64,000 bases of DNA from a virus. A program made the translations under genes and the position numbers. The notes under the pieces were generated by a model that was not told the origin of the DNA, made no database searches, and saw only the letters and a program-made list of their open reading frames with translations. The stretch spans positions 20,737-84,736 of IMG/VR virus record IMGVR_UViG_3300042691_037543; one strand, given 5' to 3'. Position 1 is the stretch's first letter. Each line of letters begins with the position of its first letter. Below are positions 9,598 to 18,621 of this stretch, one piece after another.

Positions 9598-10274
9598 TGA
9601 GCGACCGCGTGGAGTTTCAGAAGGTAGGCAACCTGACGGTCGGGCTCGTCCCGCTCAGCCGGCTGGTGCAGCGTCGGACGAACTACCGACAGATGAGCGA
9701 CCGCGACTACGCGGCGCTCAAGACGGCGATCTCCACGTTCGGGTTCAGCACGGTCATCGCCGTGCGGCTCGCTGCCGACGGTGAGCACTACGAAGTCATC
9801 GACGGCCACCACCGCTGGCGCGCGGCGAAGGAGCTGGAGATGGACAGCATCCCGGCGGCCCTGGTCAACACCGACGACGACATGGCCGACGTAGCCATGC
9901 TCTCTTTCAACGTCTCGGGCGACGTGTTGCCCGACGTGCTGATGGAGATGCTCCGCGAGATGAGCTCGCGCGTCGCGTCCTCCGTGGTGGAGGCGCACGC
10001 GGGGTTCAGCGATGGGTTCATCGAGGAAGCGATCCGCGCCGCCGAGGGCGCCGTGTCGGCCGTCGCCCCGCCGAAGGAACCCAAGGCACGCGCGACTCCG
10101 AAGGAGCCCACCGTCGATCGCATCGAGCCGGTGCCGACCATCACCGTGCTGCTCACGCGGCAGATGGCCCGAGCCATCGAGGCGATTCGCAAGGACCGCA
10201 GCTACGACTCGTCGATGAGCGACGCCGACGTGCTCACGGCTGTGATGCTCGATACGGCGATGGGCGATGCCTAA
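9597..10274 (+). CDS. ParB/Srx-like N-terminal domain protein
   Basis: NYRQMS...LKTAISTFGF...YEVIDGHHRWRAAKEL; TAATG coupling with the upstream gene. Confidence 0.85.
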   Translation: MSDRVEFQKVGNLTVGLVPLSRLVQRRTNYRQMSDRDYAALKTAISTFGFSTVIAVRLAADGEHYEVIDGHHRWRAAKELEMDSIPAALVNTDDDMADVAMLSFNVSGDVLPDVLMEMLREMSSRVASSVVEAHAGFSDGFIEEAIRAAEGAVSAVAPPKEPKARATPKEPTVDRIEPVPTITVLLTRQMARAIEAIRKDRSYDSSMSDADVLTAVMLDTAMGDA

Positions 10275-10662
10275 GAAAGCCAAGCCCTCGGCCGAGGCAA
10301 CGCGCCGGGCGAAAGGGTCGCGGCGTAAGGGGCAGACCTACGAGCGTGAAAACGCCAACCGGCTCAAGTCGGTGTGGCCAGATGCCAAGCGCGGCATCGG
10401 TCAGGCGCGGAGCGCGAAAGAGGTGGCCGACGTAGAGGGCACCCCCTACTGGATCGAAGCGAAGCATCACAAGCGCGTCAACATTCGGGCGGCCTTCAAC
10501 CAGGGCACAGAGGCCACCGATGGGCGCCCGGTCGTCGTGGTGAGCCGCGACACGAACAAGCCGCCCGATCTTGTGACCATGAGCTTCGACGAGTGGCTCC
10601 GCTTGGTCGCAGAGTTGGCGAAGCTGCGGAAGGTCGTCGATGACTACTTGGACAAGGTGTAG
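10267..10662 (+). CDS. Holliday junction resolvase (PD-(D/E)XK family)
   Basis: SRRKGQTYERE...ADV...IEAK motif. Confidence 0.8.
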   Translation: MPKKAKPSAEATRRAKGSRRKGQTYERENANRLKSVWPDAKRGIGQARSAKEVADVEGTPYWIEAKHHKRVNIRAAFNQGTEATDGRPVVVVSRDTNKPPDLVTMSFDEWLRLVAELAKLRKVVDDYLDKV

Positions 10663-10664
10663 CC

Positions 10665-10973
10665 GTGGCCTGCCGATGTGAGCACTGCGATGAGTTTCAC
10701 CCGCGGGCCCACGACTTGTGTGAGTTCTGCGAGGAGCACTGCCCGCACATGATCGAACCGCAGGGAAACTTCGTCGAAGGCTTCCTCGGCATTCAGCGGT
10801 GGCACGCGCACCGGGCCAAGTCGTACCTCGACGATATGGCTGTAGACGGCTCCGTCCATGCCGGCACGCTGATGCGACACGGCATGGACGGAGTCTTGCG
10901 CGACCTACGCTTGCTGAAAGAGTCGCGTGAGCTCGACCGAGGCTTTCTTAGAAGTCTCGATCGAACGCAGTAG
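10665..10973 (+). CDS. Hypothetical Cys/His-rich protein
   Basis: CRCEHC..H..H.LCEFCEEHC; follows the resolvase. Confidence 0.6.
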   Translation: MACRCEHCDEFHPRAHDLCEFCEEHCPHMIEPQGNFVEGFLGIQRWHAHRAKSYLDDMAVDGSVHAGTLMRHGMDGVLRDLRLLKESRELDRGFLRSLDRTQ

Positions 10974-10978
10974 GCACG

Positions 10979-11959
10979 CTACTTGTTGAGCGCCAGGATG
11001 GCTTGCGTCGTGGCGGGGCCGACGATGCCGTCAACCTTGAGCCCCGCATCGCGCTGAAATGCCTGTATGGCGCCGGCACCGCCGTACCCGGCTCGTTGCA
11101 GCTTGCAGGCGAGCACGAAGGCGATCCGCCCTTCTTCGTCGGAGCGCGTGGGCAGCGCCCATCCGAAGCTGAGCGGGTGGCGGAGTGCGCCCGCGATGGT
11201 GTCCGTACGGCTGACATGGTGCAGCTGATAGTACGGCGCCCAATCCACGTCGGTTAGGTCCGCGGGCCCGTCGGGGGCGTCCGGGCGAATGCCCAGGTTC
11301 CGCACGCCGTCACGCCACGAGGCCAGGGCGCGCGCCTCGCGCCGCGGGAGGGCGCCCCGGTGCGCCATGCCGGCGTCACCCGCGGCGCCCGCGGCGTAGA
11401 CCTGCGCGGCCGACAGACGCACGGGCGACCGCGCCCCCAACCACGCCGCCCACGGGTAGGTGGTGTGGAAGCTGGGGTGATCGTACGCGGTGTGCCACTG
11501 AAGAAGCTGCGGGTAGGCTGCCTCGACAGCCTTCAACGACTCTTCGATGGCTTCCTTGAGACGCGACCGCTGTGAAGCATCCGGCGGCGTCTTCCAGTCC
11601 GCCTCGGCGTTCCACATGGTCGCGTCGGCGCCCGCGTCGGCTGCGGCGCCGGCACAACGAAGAAACTGCCCGATCGCCCACTTCGTGTTGCGCCCGCCTT
11701 TGGTGACGGACCGCGCCGTGCCATCGACGCCGCAGCCGATGACGAGTCGGTAGCCCTCGCCGCGAAGCAGCGACACGAGACGCTTCGGGGTCCAAGTGTG
11801 GAGCTGTACGGCTTCTGGTCGCGCCTCGGCAAGCAGCTTGGCGACTTCGACGGTGTAGGCGTTGTGAATCCCGCCGGAAGGACTCCAGAGGGTCGGCACA
11901 AGACCACGGAACGGCGCGCCGCCCACGGCGGCGTCGGGCACAGCAGGGTTGCTCGTCAT
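10979..11959 (-). CDS. Putative endolysin: glycoside-hydrolase-like domain plus C-terminal peptidoglycan-binding domain
   Basis: C-terminal AIQAFQRDAGLKVDGIVGPATT is a PG_binding_1 signature; WNAE and AQVY resemble GH25-like barrel motifs. Confidence 0.75.
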   Translation of the reverse strand: MTSNPAVPDAAVGGAPFRGLVPTLWSPSGGIHNAYTVEVAKLLAEARPEAVQLHTWTPKRLVSLLRGEGYRLVIGCGVDGTARSVTKGGRNTKWAIGQFLRCAGAAADAGADATMWNAEADWKTPPDASQRSRLKEAIEESLKAVEAAYPQLLQWHTAYDHPSFHTTYPWAAWLGARSPVRLSAAQVYAAGAAGDAGMAHRGALPRREARALASWRDGVRNLGIRPDAPDGPADLTDVDWAPYYQLHHVSRTDTIAGALRHPLSFGWALPTRSDEEGRIAFVLACKLQRAGYGGAGAIQAFQRDAGLKVDGIVGPATTQAILALNK

Positions 11960-11984
11960 GGTGCGAGCCTAGCAGGAGCAAAGC

Positions 11985-12467
11985 ATGAGCGAGCTGGTCG
12001 TAGAACCGATCCCTGTCGTGAGCCTAGAGAGCTTGTCTCCCACATCCGTCAGCGTGGGCCCCAGCAGCTTCCTGTGCGCGGTGTGCAGGGTGACACAGCG
12101 TGAAATGTACAACAACGGGCTGTTCATTATCGCACCATGTATCGGGGACAACGGTGTGGTTCGGCGAGCGGTGAACCACCCGGTACTTTGGCTTTGTCAC
12201 CAATGCGGGTCGTCGGCCCCGAGGATGGTCAGGGACGATTGCTGGTTTATAACAACCACGCCACAAGCCCACCACCCTTTCATCGTGCGTGTGTCGATGC
12301 ACCTCGCCAGTCAAAAGACCAAAGACGGGCGGGATATTGCCCTGCTGGCACGGCGTGCGATGGACTTCGAGGGTCCGTTCACATGGCGGCTCGTTGGCCC
12401 GCACGAAGCGGCCATCGCCTACTACGAGGCTGTCGCGACGATGGTGGTGATGACACATGGAGATTGA
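11985..12467 (+). CDS. Hypothetical protein with two CxxC motifs
   Basis: SD AGGAG; CAVC...CHQC. Confidence 0.65.
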   Translation: MSELVVEPIPVVSLESLSPTSVSVGPSSFLCAVCRVTQREMYNNGLFIIAPCIGDNGVVRRAVNHPVLWLCHQCGSSAPRMVRDDCWFITTTPQAHHPFIVRVSMHLASQKTKDGRDIALLARRAMDFEGPFTWRLVGPHEAAIAYYEAVATMVVMTHGD

Positions 12468-12897
12468 ATACTTTAATGAAAGAGTGGTGATGAGCGGATT
12501 CGGCGACGCAGTCCGCTTTTACGAAGGTGAGTCGCGGAAAAGCTGCATGATCTGCCGCAAGAACACTGAGAATACATCGACAACAAGAATGCTGTTCCTG
12601 CGCCGCATCGGCTACGAAGTCGTGGACTTCGGCCCCCTGTGTGGAGCCTGCCTCTCAGGCACGAGAAGCGTGAACCTCCACTGCGGCGCGCGATCCGCAC
12701 AAGTGCACTTCGTGCGCGGATTCCTCGCGGTGTGGCGAACCACACAGGAATCTTGGCGGCACGTCGTCGGTAGTTGGGACGCAATCGGCGGCGGGTGGCG
12801 CTGCGCCATCGTCGCGGGCTCTGTCGAAGAAGCTGACCAGTTCGCGTCCGCATCATTGACTGCCTTGATGATGTCGCTGGAAGACACGCGTGAATAA
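12457..12897 (+). CDS. Hypothetical protein with two CxxC motifs
   Basis: CMIC...CGAC; overlaps neighbours. Confidence 0.65.
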   Translation: MEIEYFNERVVMSGFGDAVRFYEGESRKSCMICRKNTENTSTTRMLFLRRIGYEVVDFGPLCGACLSGTRSVNLHCGARSAQVHFVRGFLAVWRTTQESWRHVVGSWDAIGGGWRCAIVAGSVEEADQFASASLTALMMSLEDTRE

Positions 12898-13447
12898 CGA
12901 CCCCGAGCACCTTCTGAACGTCGCGAACGTGCTGTTTTGCAACCGCCCGTGTGTACACTGCGGTACCGCCTGCTTTCATATAAGCGTCCTGGGTGAGACG
13001 CCGCCGGCTCTCGTATGCGTGCGTATGCCCGACATGCCGTGGGTTGTGGACGAAGCCGATCCCCAAAAAGGGCCGTGCTCGTGGTGCCGAAGCTACGCGC
13101 GTGTACGGCGCAACGGCCGCAGCGTGCGGGCAGGCGCTTGGGGTATGCTTCCGACATGGAAGCTGTGTAAATTCCGCTTCGGTTGGGTGATGGGGCCACA
13201 CCTCTACTTCGCGGTCGGTAGACCCGTGCCGGGTGACCCCGGCCGTGTCGCCGAAATTGCGCTGCGCGTGTTGACCATCCCCGGTCGAGTAAGAGGCGAC
13301 TTCCACAACTTTCACTTGATAAATTTCAGCGGGACACGCGCAGTGGTGCAACCGATAAACAAGCGGTGGACGCACCCTAGTGTAGCTGCGTTCATAAAAG
13401 ACACAGCGACGGCGCTCGCTGTTTCTCTAACACTGTCCACGGAGTAA
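12890..13447 (+). CDS. Hypothetical Cys-rich protein
   Basis: CNRPCVHCGTAC...CSWC. Confidence 0.65.
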   Translation: MNNDPEHLLNVANVLFCNRPCVHCGTACFHISVLGETPPALVCVRMPDMPWVVDEADPQKGPCSWCRSYARVRRNGRSVRAGAWGMLPTWKLCKFRFGWVMGPHLYFAVGRPVPGDPGRVAEIALRVLTIPGRVRGDFHNFHLINFSGTRAVVQPINKRWTHPSVAAFIKDTATALAVSLTLSTE

Positions 13448-13451
13448 AAAG

Positions 13452-14624
13452 ATGGAGCTCTCACTCGAAAAGCACTTCACGAAGCTCTACCGCACTATGC
13501 TCGACAAGCCCGCGGAGGTATTCGCGCTCCGCGGCGCGGTTGGGGTGGCCATCGTGCACTGGCTGGATTCCGGCTGGAACGTGTACCTGCCCGGTGAACC
13601 GTTGGTGCGGCGTCACTGGGCCGATTACCCCGAAGCTCGTCAGGCTATCGAGGCGTTGGTGGTCCGTGTTGGTGGGATGCTTTTCGCTGGGCGCCCGCTG
13701 ACGCACCCGAATGTGTCGATGAGCTGTGGTGAGCGTGGTGGGCCGGGAAAAGGGCGCTTGGTGTACCGCGTTCGCGTCGGCGCGGACCAGGAGGTATTCG
13801 ACGACGCGAACGCGGCAGCGCTGCGATGGATGATCGCCGTTGCCGAGTACGCGGAGACGCCTGCGGAGACGCCGGCCGAGCCCTACGTCCGCCCGCTCAA
13901 CAAGCAAGACTTCGACGTGCACGACGAGATGAACCCCGACGGCACCGTCAGGTGCACGGTGTACGCGCTTCGGAACGGCCAGGGGCTCCGTATCGCGTAC
14001 TGGCCCTCCGAGGGGATGTACGAAGCGTACGATGTTAACGAGACGTTGCAGTACACGGGCTACTTCTGCGCGGTAGAGTTCGATGCCGCAATCGACAAGC
14101 TGCGGCAGGTTGCTGTGCAGTCATTGGCTGCGTATCATCTGCCTTTCAAGCTAGACGGCGCGACCCGCCGCGCCGTCGAGAGCCCTGACGGCAAGCGCTG
14201 GACGTTCGCGTCTGCGGAGAACGCGCAGCGCTATTGGTTGGCGAGCATCGCGGGGCACATACCGCCGGCCACCACCCCGGAGCCCGCCGAGCCTAGTGCG
14301 GTGCCGGTCGAGTCCACCGACGACGAAGGAGGGAAGAAGTACGACGGCGGCAAGCCCGACTACGCACTCCTTCCGCCGCTCGCGATCGATGCGATGGTGC
14401 GCGTGCTCACCTACGGGGCGAAGAAGTACGGCCCCGACAACTGGCGCAAGGTGCCCGACCTGCGGCGCCGGTACCTCTCCGCGCTGCTGCGGCATGTCTT
14501 CGCGCACATGCGGGGCGAGACGCGCGACCCCGAGACGGGGGAGAACCACCTCGCGCACGCGCTGTGCTGCGTGGCCTTCATTCTTGAGCTCGACGAGGAG
14601 AGCGCGACCTCTGGGAAGGCGTGA
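13452..14624 (+). CDS. Fusion protein with C-terminal DUF5664-type dATP/dGTP diphosphohydrolase domain
   Basis: GKKYDGGKPDYALLP...VLTYGAKKYGPDNWRK...RYLSALLRH...RGETRDPETGENHLAHALC; ~290 aa unknown N-terminus with Pro/Glu linkers. Confidence 0.85.
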   Translation: MELSLEKHFTKLYRTMLDKPAEVFALRGAVGVAIVHWLDSGWNVYLPGEPLVRRHWADYPEARQAIEALVVRVGGMLFAGRPLTHPNVSMSCGERGGPGKGRLVYRVRVGADQEVFDDANAAALRWMIAVAEYAETPAETPAEPYVRPLNKQDFDVHDEMNPDGTVRCTVYALRNGQGLRIAYWPSEGMYEAYDVNETLQYTGYFCAVEFDAAIDKLRQVAVQSLAAYHLPFKLDGATRRAVESPDGKRWTFASAENAQRYWLASIAGHIPPATTPEPAEPSAVPVESTDDEGGKKYDGGKPDYALLPPLAIDAMVRVLTYGAKKYGPDNWRKVPDLRRRYLSALLRHVFAHMRGETRDPETGENHLAHALCCVAFILELDEESATSGKA

Positions 14625-14833
14625 TGCGTGGCGTTGCCGAAGTGCTCAATGTGGTCGCGTATGTGACCATTCCTATGTTCGGCGTAGCGCTCTCGTTCTA
14701 CGCACTCATCGCGGTAGGCCCGATGCCAACGCAGAAGGCTATCTGCGCCGTGGTGCTCCATACGGGCGCGTGGCTCAACATCCTGGTTGCGTACCTGCAT
14801 GAGTATGCGAGCAGGCACTACGGCGAGGGCTGA
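14621..14833 (+). CDS. Small two-helix membrane protein
   Basis: Two hydrophobic segments; GTGA overlap. Confidence 0.6.
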   Translation: MMRGVAEVLNVVAYVTIPMFGVALSFYALIAVGPMPTQKAICAVVLHTGAWLNILVAYLHEYASRHYGEG

Positions 14834-14835
14834 CC

Positions 14836-14858
14836 CCCCACCGCGCTGTGCGGTGGGG
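14836..14858. terminator. GC-rich intergenic hairpin
   Basis: CCCCACCGC-N5-GCGGTGGGG; no U tract. Confidence 0.35.
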
Positions 14859-14886
14859 TGACAACGGATCGAAAGGAACACAGACG

Positions 14887-15222
14887 ATGAATACTCAACA
14901 ATACGAAGAAGAAGTCCGTCGAACTACGCCCAGCACTACCAGCGACGCGCAGGGGTGGTCGCTCGTCGGGCTCGGGCTCGCGGGAGAAGCCGGCGAGGTG
15001 GTCGAGCTCATCAAGAAGCACGTTCACCACGGGCGCGGGCTCGACCGCGAGAATCTGCTGAAAGAGCTCGGGGACGTGCTCTGGTACCTCACGCTCGGGG
15101 CACATCTCGGCGGCTTCACGCTCGAAGAAGTGATGGACGCGAACATCGCGAAGTTGCGTGCGCGCTTCCCCCACGGCTGGAGCGCCGAGGCGGCGAACGC
15201 GAAGGCCGACGAGAAGCGCTGA
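14887..15222 (+). CDS. MazG-like nucleotide pyrophosphohydrolase
   Basis: LGLAGEAGEVVELIKKH...KELGDVLWYL...LEEVMDANIAKLRARFP. Confidence 0.92.
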   Translation: MNTQQYEEEVRRTTPSTTSDAQGWSLVGLGLAGEAGEVVELIKKHVHHGRGLDRENLLKELGDVLWYLTLGAHLGGFTLEEVMDANIAKLRARFPHGWSAEAANAKADEKR

Positions 15223-15285
15223 CACACCCACGCGAGCGCGTACGCGCGGTGCGACTCCGCGCGGTGGGGCCAGGAGGGAGAGGCG

Positions 15286-15699
15286 ATGAATGACACCGAC
15301 TTGCGCGCCGAGTTGGCTCGCGTGACCAAAGAGCGTGACGAACTCTTGCGCTGGAAGCGATGGACCGTCGCACGCGAGATGGTGCTCGTGATGGGCAAGT
15401 CCATGAATCGCGAAGACCGCGAGCAGTCGGTCAGGTGGCACTTTGCGTTGACTCGCTACGGGGTCAGCCTGCGCTGCGAGCGCCAAGGGGCACGTCTGGT
15501 GATGTCCGTAGTACAAGACAAGCTCGGCATCCCCGCTGCCCGTCTGTCCGGCGTCGAATTGTCCCGAGAGCCCCCTCTCAGTAGCGCGATGACCCGGCGG
15601 TTGTGCAGACTCATCGGTGTGGACCCGAAACCGCTGCTTCGGGAGAGGGCGGACGCACTGCGCGCGATGATGAAGCTCGCGGGTAGTGTGCGGCCGTGA
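15286..15699 (+). CDS. XRE-like helix-turn-helix protein
   Basis: YGVSLRCER...LGIPAARLSGVE...P....RRLCRLIGVDP..L; SD GGAGGGAG. Confidence 0.6.
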   Translation: MNDTDLRAELARVTKERDELLRWKRWTVAREMVLVMGKSMNREDREQSVRWHFALTRYGVSLRCERQGARLVMSVVQDKLGIPAARLSGVELSREPPLSSAMTRRLCRLIGVDPKPLLRERADALRAMMKLAGSVRP

Positions 15700-15729
15700 A
15701 TAGATCACTTAAAAAGAAACGAGGCTGCG

Positions 15730-16272
15730 GTGCCTGTTAAAAAGAAAAAGAGCGACGTGCAGCCGTGCCAGTCGTATCGCAACCAGTATCGGTTGCGGCG
15801 CTGGTGGAACCACGACGTACCGATGATCGACTCGGATCGGTGCGAAGCCGCTTGGCCGTGGGGCCTGCCGCGATCGGCCTACACCACGACGAACACCGCG
15901 TGCGCGCGACCGGCGAATACAGCTCTCACCGGCCCCACCGCGGTGCTCGAATTCACCGTGCGCAAAACATTCAGAGTCATTGCGCGCATCGAGTACATGG
16001 GGGTCTTCAATTCTTATAAGCAAGCGCTCGGAGTGCGGCACTACGGGAAGAAGCCGAACTCGATGCTGATGGGCATGTGGGTTCTCACGGACCTCAAGGT
16101 GTACACGCGCGAGCCGGAAGGGCACCTTGCCTTCGTGCAGCAGGTTGACCTCTACCCGTACGGTACCGTGGGGCGGCGAGGGGAAATGGAAACCCACGCG
16201 CGGAACATCGCTGAGGAGTTTGCCGATGAGTACGCGAAAGCCGTTGTCGATGACATCACCAGGACCGATTAA
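15730..16272 (+). CDS. Hypothetical protein
   Basis: SD GAGG; Cys-containing N-terminus, beta-rich middle, helical C-terminus. Confidence 0.6.
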   Translation: MPVKKKKSDVQPCQSYRNQYRLRRWWNHDVPMIDSDRCEAAWPWGLPRSAYTTTNTACARPANTALTGPTAVLEFTVRKTFRVIARIEYMGVFNSYKQALGVRHYGKKPNSMLMGMWVLTDLKVYTREPEGHLAFVQQVDLYPYGTVGRRGEMETHARNIAEEFADEYAKAVVDDITRTD

Positions 16273-16708
16273 ATTTCTCGACTTCGCCGTGGACTGCCAG
16301 TCGGGCAGGCAGCACGCAGAAAGCCCCGATGGCCCACTCATGTCAGGGGCGCCGATCTGCGGCGAAGACGGGAAGCACACTTGCTACCTACCCTGTCTGC
16401 GGCGCACCGAGCTCTACTACCCCGCCTGCCGACGGCAGGGTGGGAAGTGCGGTGGGCCTGAGTATCACGTCACCATTCGTATAAAAGTGGGCGCGCTATA
16501 CGCGGTGTATCGCGTGACCAACACGATGCGCCGCCGCTGCTGGCACGTCTATGTGACCGTGCACGTCGGGGGAAAGAGCAACAGTTGGGGGATCGTCGAA
16601 GACGCCCCCGTGCGCACGGCGCAGCAAATAAAAGACCTCGGGTTTCACGAAATTGTCGTGAGGATGGTCAGCGAACCCGTGGTCGCAGCTATGACGAAGG
16701 AAAGCTAA
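16250..16708 (+). CDS. Hypothetical Cys/His-rich protein
   Basis: ATG 16250 chosen to minimise overlap; several Cys/His; abuts next gene. Confidence 0.6.
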   Translation: MTSPGPIKFLDFAVDCQSGRQHAESPDGPLMSGAPICGEDGKHTCYLPCLRRTELYYPACRRQGGKCGGPEYHVTIRIKVGALYAVYRVTNTMRRRCWHVYVTVHVGGKSNSWGIVEDAPVRTAQQIKDLGFHEIVVRMVSEPVVAAMTKES

Positions 16709-17158
16709 ATGGACACGTGCGTAGACGAAGCGCTGAATCGCGGCGATCAGTGCACCCGCGAGCCGCGGATGCTGTTCCACAACCCGGTGGGGTTGTGCTC
16801 TACCGAACCCCTTGGGAACGAGCCGTGCCGTGCGGTTTCGTACATCGTCAGGATGTCGTACAAAGGCATTACGATCGTAGCCAAGCTCACGCTCAACGCG
16901 GCGGACAGGAACAACATGCTCGTACCGCGATGGCGCTGTCAGCAACCACACATGGGGTCCACGAAAGAGTTTAGCGACGCATGGTCGCGTCTGCATAGGA
17001 ACGGCTACGACAAGAAAATGCAGTTGTACCCGCGGTGGCCTACGCGCGCGGCGTCGAAAGAGTTTCTTGAGCAGCGTCTCAGGGATAATTTGAAAGAGCA
17101 CGTCGATCGTATCTTCGCGGCAGACACCGCGCTGCGAATGACGGAGCACACGCCGTGA
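16709..17158 (+). CDS. Hypothetical protein
   Basis: Directly follows the previous stop; four N-terminal Cys. Confidence 0.65.
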   Translation: MDTCVDEALNRGDQCTREPRMLFHNPVGLCSTEPLGNEPCRAVSYIVRMSYKGITIVAKLTLNAADRNNMLVPRWRCQQPHMGSTKEFSDAWSRLHRNGYDKKMQLYPRWPTRAASKEFLEQRLRDNLKEHVDRIFAADTALRMTEHTP

Positions 17159-17544
17159 CACCCACACCCGGTAATTCGGTCTGCGCGCGCATCGGTGCGT
17201 TCGGGTGGAGACGCAACGTGTGCCCCCCGCATTCACGGGGGCAATGCCGCCGCGCGTGTATAGAGGTGAGCACGCGAATGGGTGGCTTCCAAGCTACAGC
17301 ATACTTCACGCGTGACGCGACTCGCGGCGTGTGGGTGTTCGCACGCGACCATTATGGGGACGCCCGCGTGTGGGGTGTATGGGTGCGCGATGAGCTTGCG
17401 GTCAAGTACCGCGATGCCACGACATTCACCGTGGACACCGCCCGCACATTCGTGGAGCTAGACAATGCAAAAGAATACCTGCGAGAGCGCATCGACGCCG
17501 TGTGGGCCGGTATCACCGCGGCTGCTATGGCGTGCACCGACTGA
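17155..17544 (+). CDS. Hypothetical protein
   Basis: GTGA overlap; C..CPPH..C...C. Confidence 0.6.
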   Translation: MTPTPGNSVCARIGAFGWRRNVCPPHSRGQCRRACIEVSTRMGGFQATAYFTRDATRGVWVFARDHYGDARVWGVWVRDELAVKYRDATTFTVDTARTFVELDNAKEYLRERIDAVWAGITAAAMACTD

Positions 17545-17920
17545 CAGCGCAAAGCCGCCAGAAGTCTGCAAGACCTGCGGGAGCGACCCCTGGTATCCGA
17601 ATCTACCCACCGATCGGTGCGTATACCCGATGGTGTATCACATGACGATCCCCGTCCCCGGCTCTCATGTCGATGTGACTCTGCTCGATATGACTCTGCG
17701 CTTCGCTCGTGTGGGCGGTCGGTGGAGATGCGACCTCTGGGTTTCTTGGGACGCAGCGTTTCGCACTACGCTGCACCGCGACACCATGCGGCAGATTGAA
17801 AAAGCCCGAGTGATCCCCGCGGAAACCACGACCGATAGCTGGTTGGAGGGGCTCGACTGGGCGCTCACCCACGCCGAGTGGGTAGAGGCTTGCTTCATAA
17901 GCAGCCTTTTGGCTAAATAA
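17465..17920 (+). CDS. Hypothetical protein (start uncertain)
   Basis: CKTC...C; ends at the convergent terminator. Confidence 0.5.
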   Translation: MQKNTCESASTPCGPVSPRLLWRAPTDSAKPPEVCKTCGSDPWYPNLPTDRCVYPMVYHMTIPVPGSHVDVTLLDMTLRFARVGGRWRCDLWVSWDAAFRTTLHRDTMRQIEKARVIPAETTTDSWLEGLDWALTHAEWVEACFISSLLAK

Positions 17921-17953
17921 AAAGCCCACCCAAGCCGAATGCCTGGGTGGGCT
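17915..17953 (-). terminator. Rho-independent terminator of the late operon (possibly bidirectional)
   Basis: Minus strand AGCCCACCCAGGC-ATTCG-GCTTGGGTGGGCT then TTTTATTT, at the convergence of the two arms. Confidence 0.85.
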
Positions 17954-17994
17954 CGTTCGTGGGGGGTGAACGTGCTGCCGACTCTACAGCAGCG

Positions 17995-18621
17995 TTACCC
18001 GAGGAGCCACCGCGGGCCACCGCGGGCCGCGAGCAGTTCGTTCAGCCGAAGCACAGGCTTCGTGCGGAGCACCCCGTTGGCGATCGACGTGAGCGCAATC
18101 TCGCTCATGTCCCCAGCGAGCACCCGCCCCTTGGCACCGAGCTCGCCGTTGAGGTTGTAGCCCTGCGTCAGCCCCGCGCAGACCGACTCGGGGGTGTACG
18201 CGCTCGGGTCGCCTTCGAGCACCGCGTGCACCTCGGGGCCGGTGCGGTACGCCTGCGCCTCGTACGCCGCGAGCGCTTCCATGACCGTGAGGTAGAGCCA
18301 CATGAACTTGATGGGGTCCGCGAAGAACTGCTCGACGTGAACGAGCTCGTGCAGCAACACGAGGATGCGCTGCTTACGGCTCCACTTGCGCGGGATGAAG
18401 ATGAACATGCCGAGCGTGGTGGCGTAGTTCTCCAGAAACTCCTTCGGTGCGGGCACCCCCGGCAGAAGCCCGAGCTGGCGCCCGACCCCGAAGGCTTCTG
18501 CCACGCCGCGCATGACGAAGTTGTCTTCCTTGTCGAGCACGATGGCGCCCGTGCCCTTCACGAGCTCCGCTTCGAGCTCGGCGCACCGCTCGTCGTTCCA
18601 CTCCCTGTCGATCAGTTGCAT
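17995..18621 (-). CDS. HEXXH zinc metallopeptidase-like protein (DUF4157-like)
   Basis: ATTLG..IF, VLLHELVHVEQF, YEAQAY; SD AAGGAG before ATG 18621. Confidence 0.7.
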   Translation of the reverse strand: MQLIDREWNDERCAELEAELVKGTGAIVLDKEDNFVMRGVAEAFGVGRQLGLLPGVPAPKEFLENYATTLGMFIFIPRKWSRKQRILVLLHELVHVEQFFADPIKFMWLYLTVMEALAAYEAQAYRTGPEVHAVLEGDPSAYTPESVCAGLTQGYNLNGELGAKGRVLAGDMSEIALTSIANGVLRTKPVLRLNELLAARGGPRWLLG

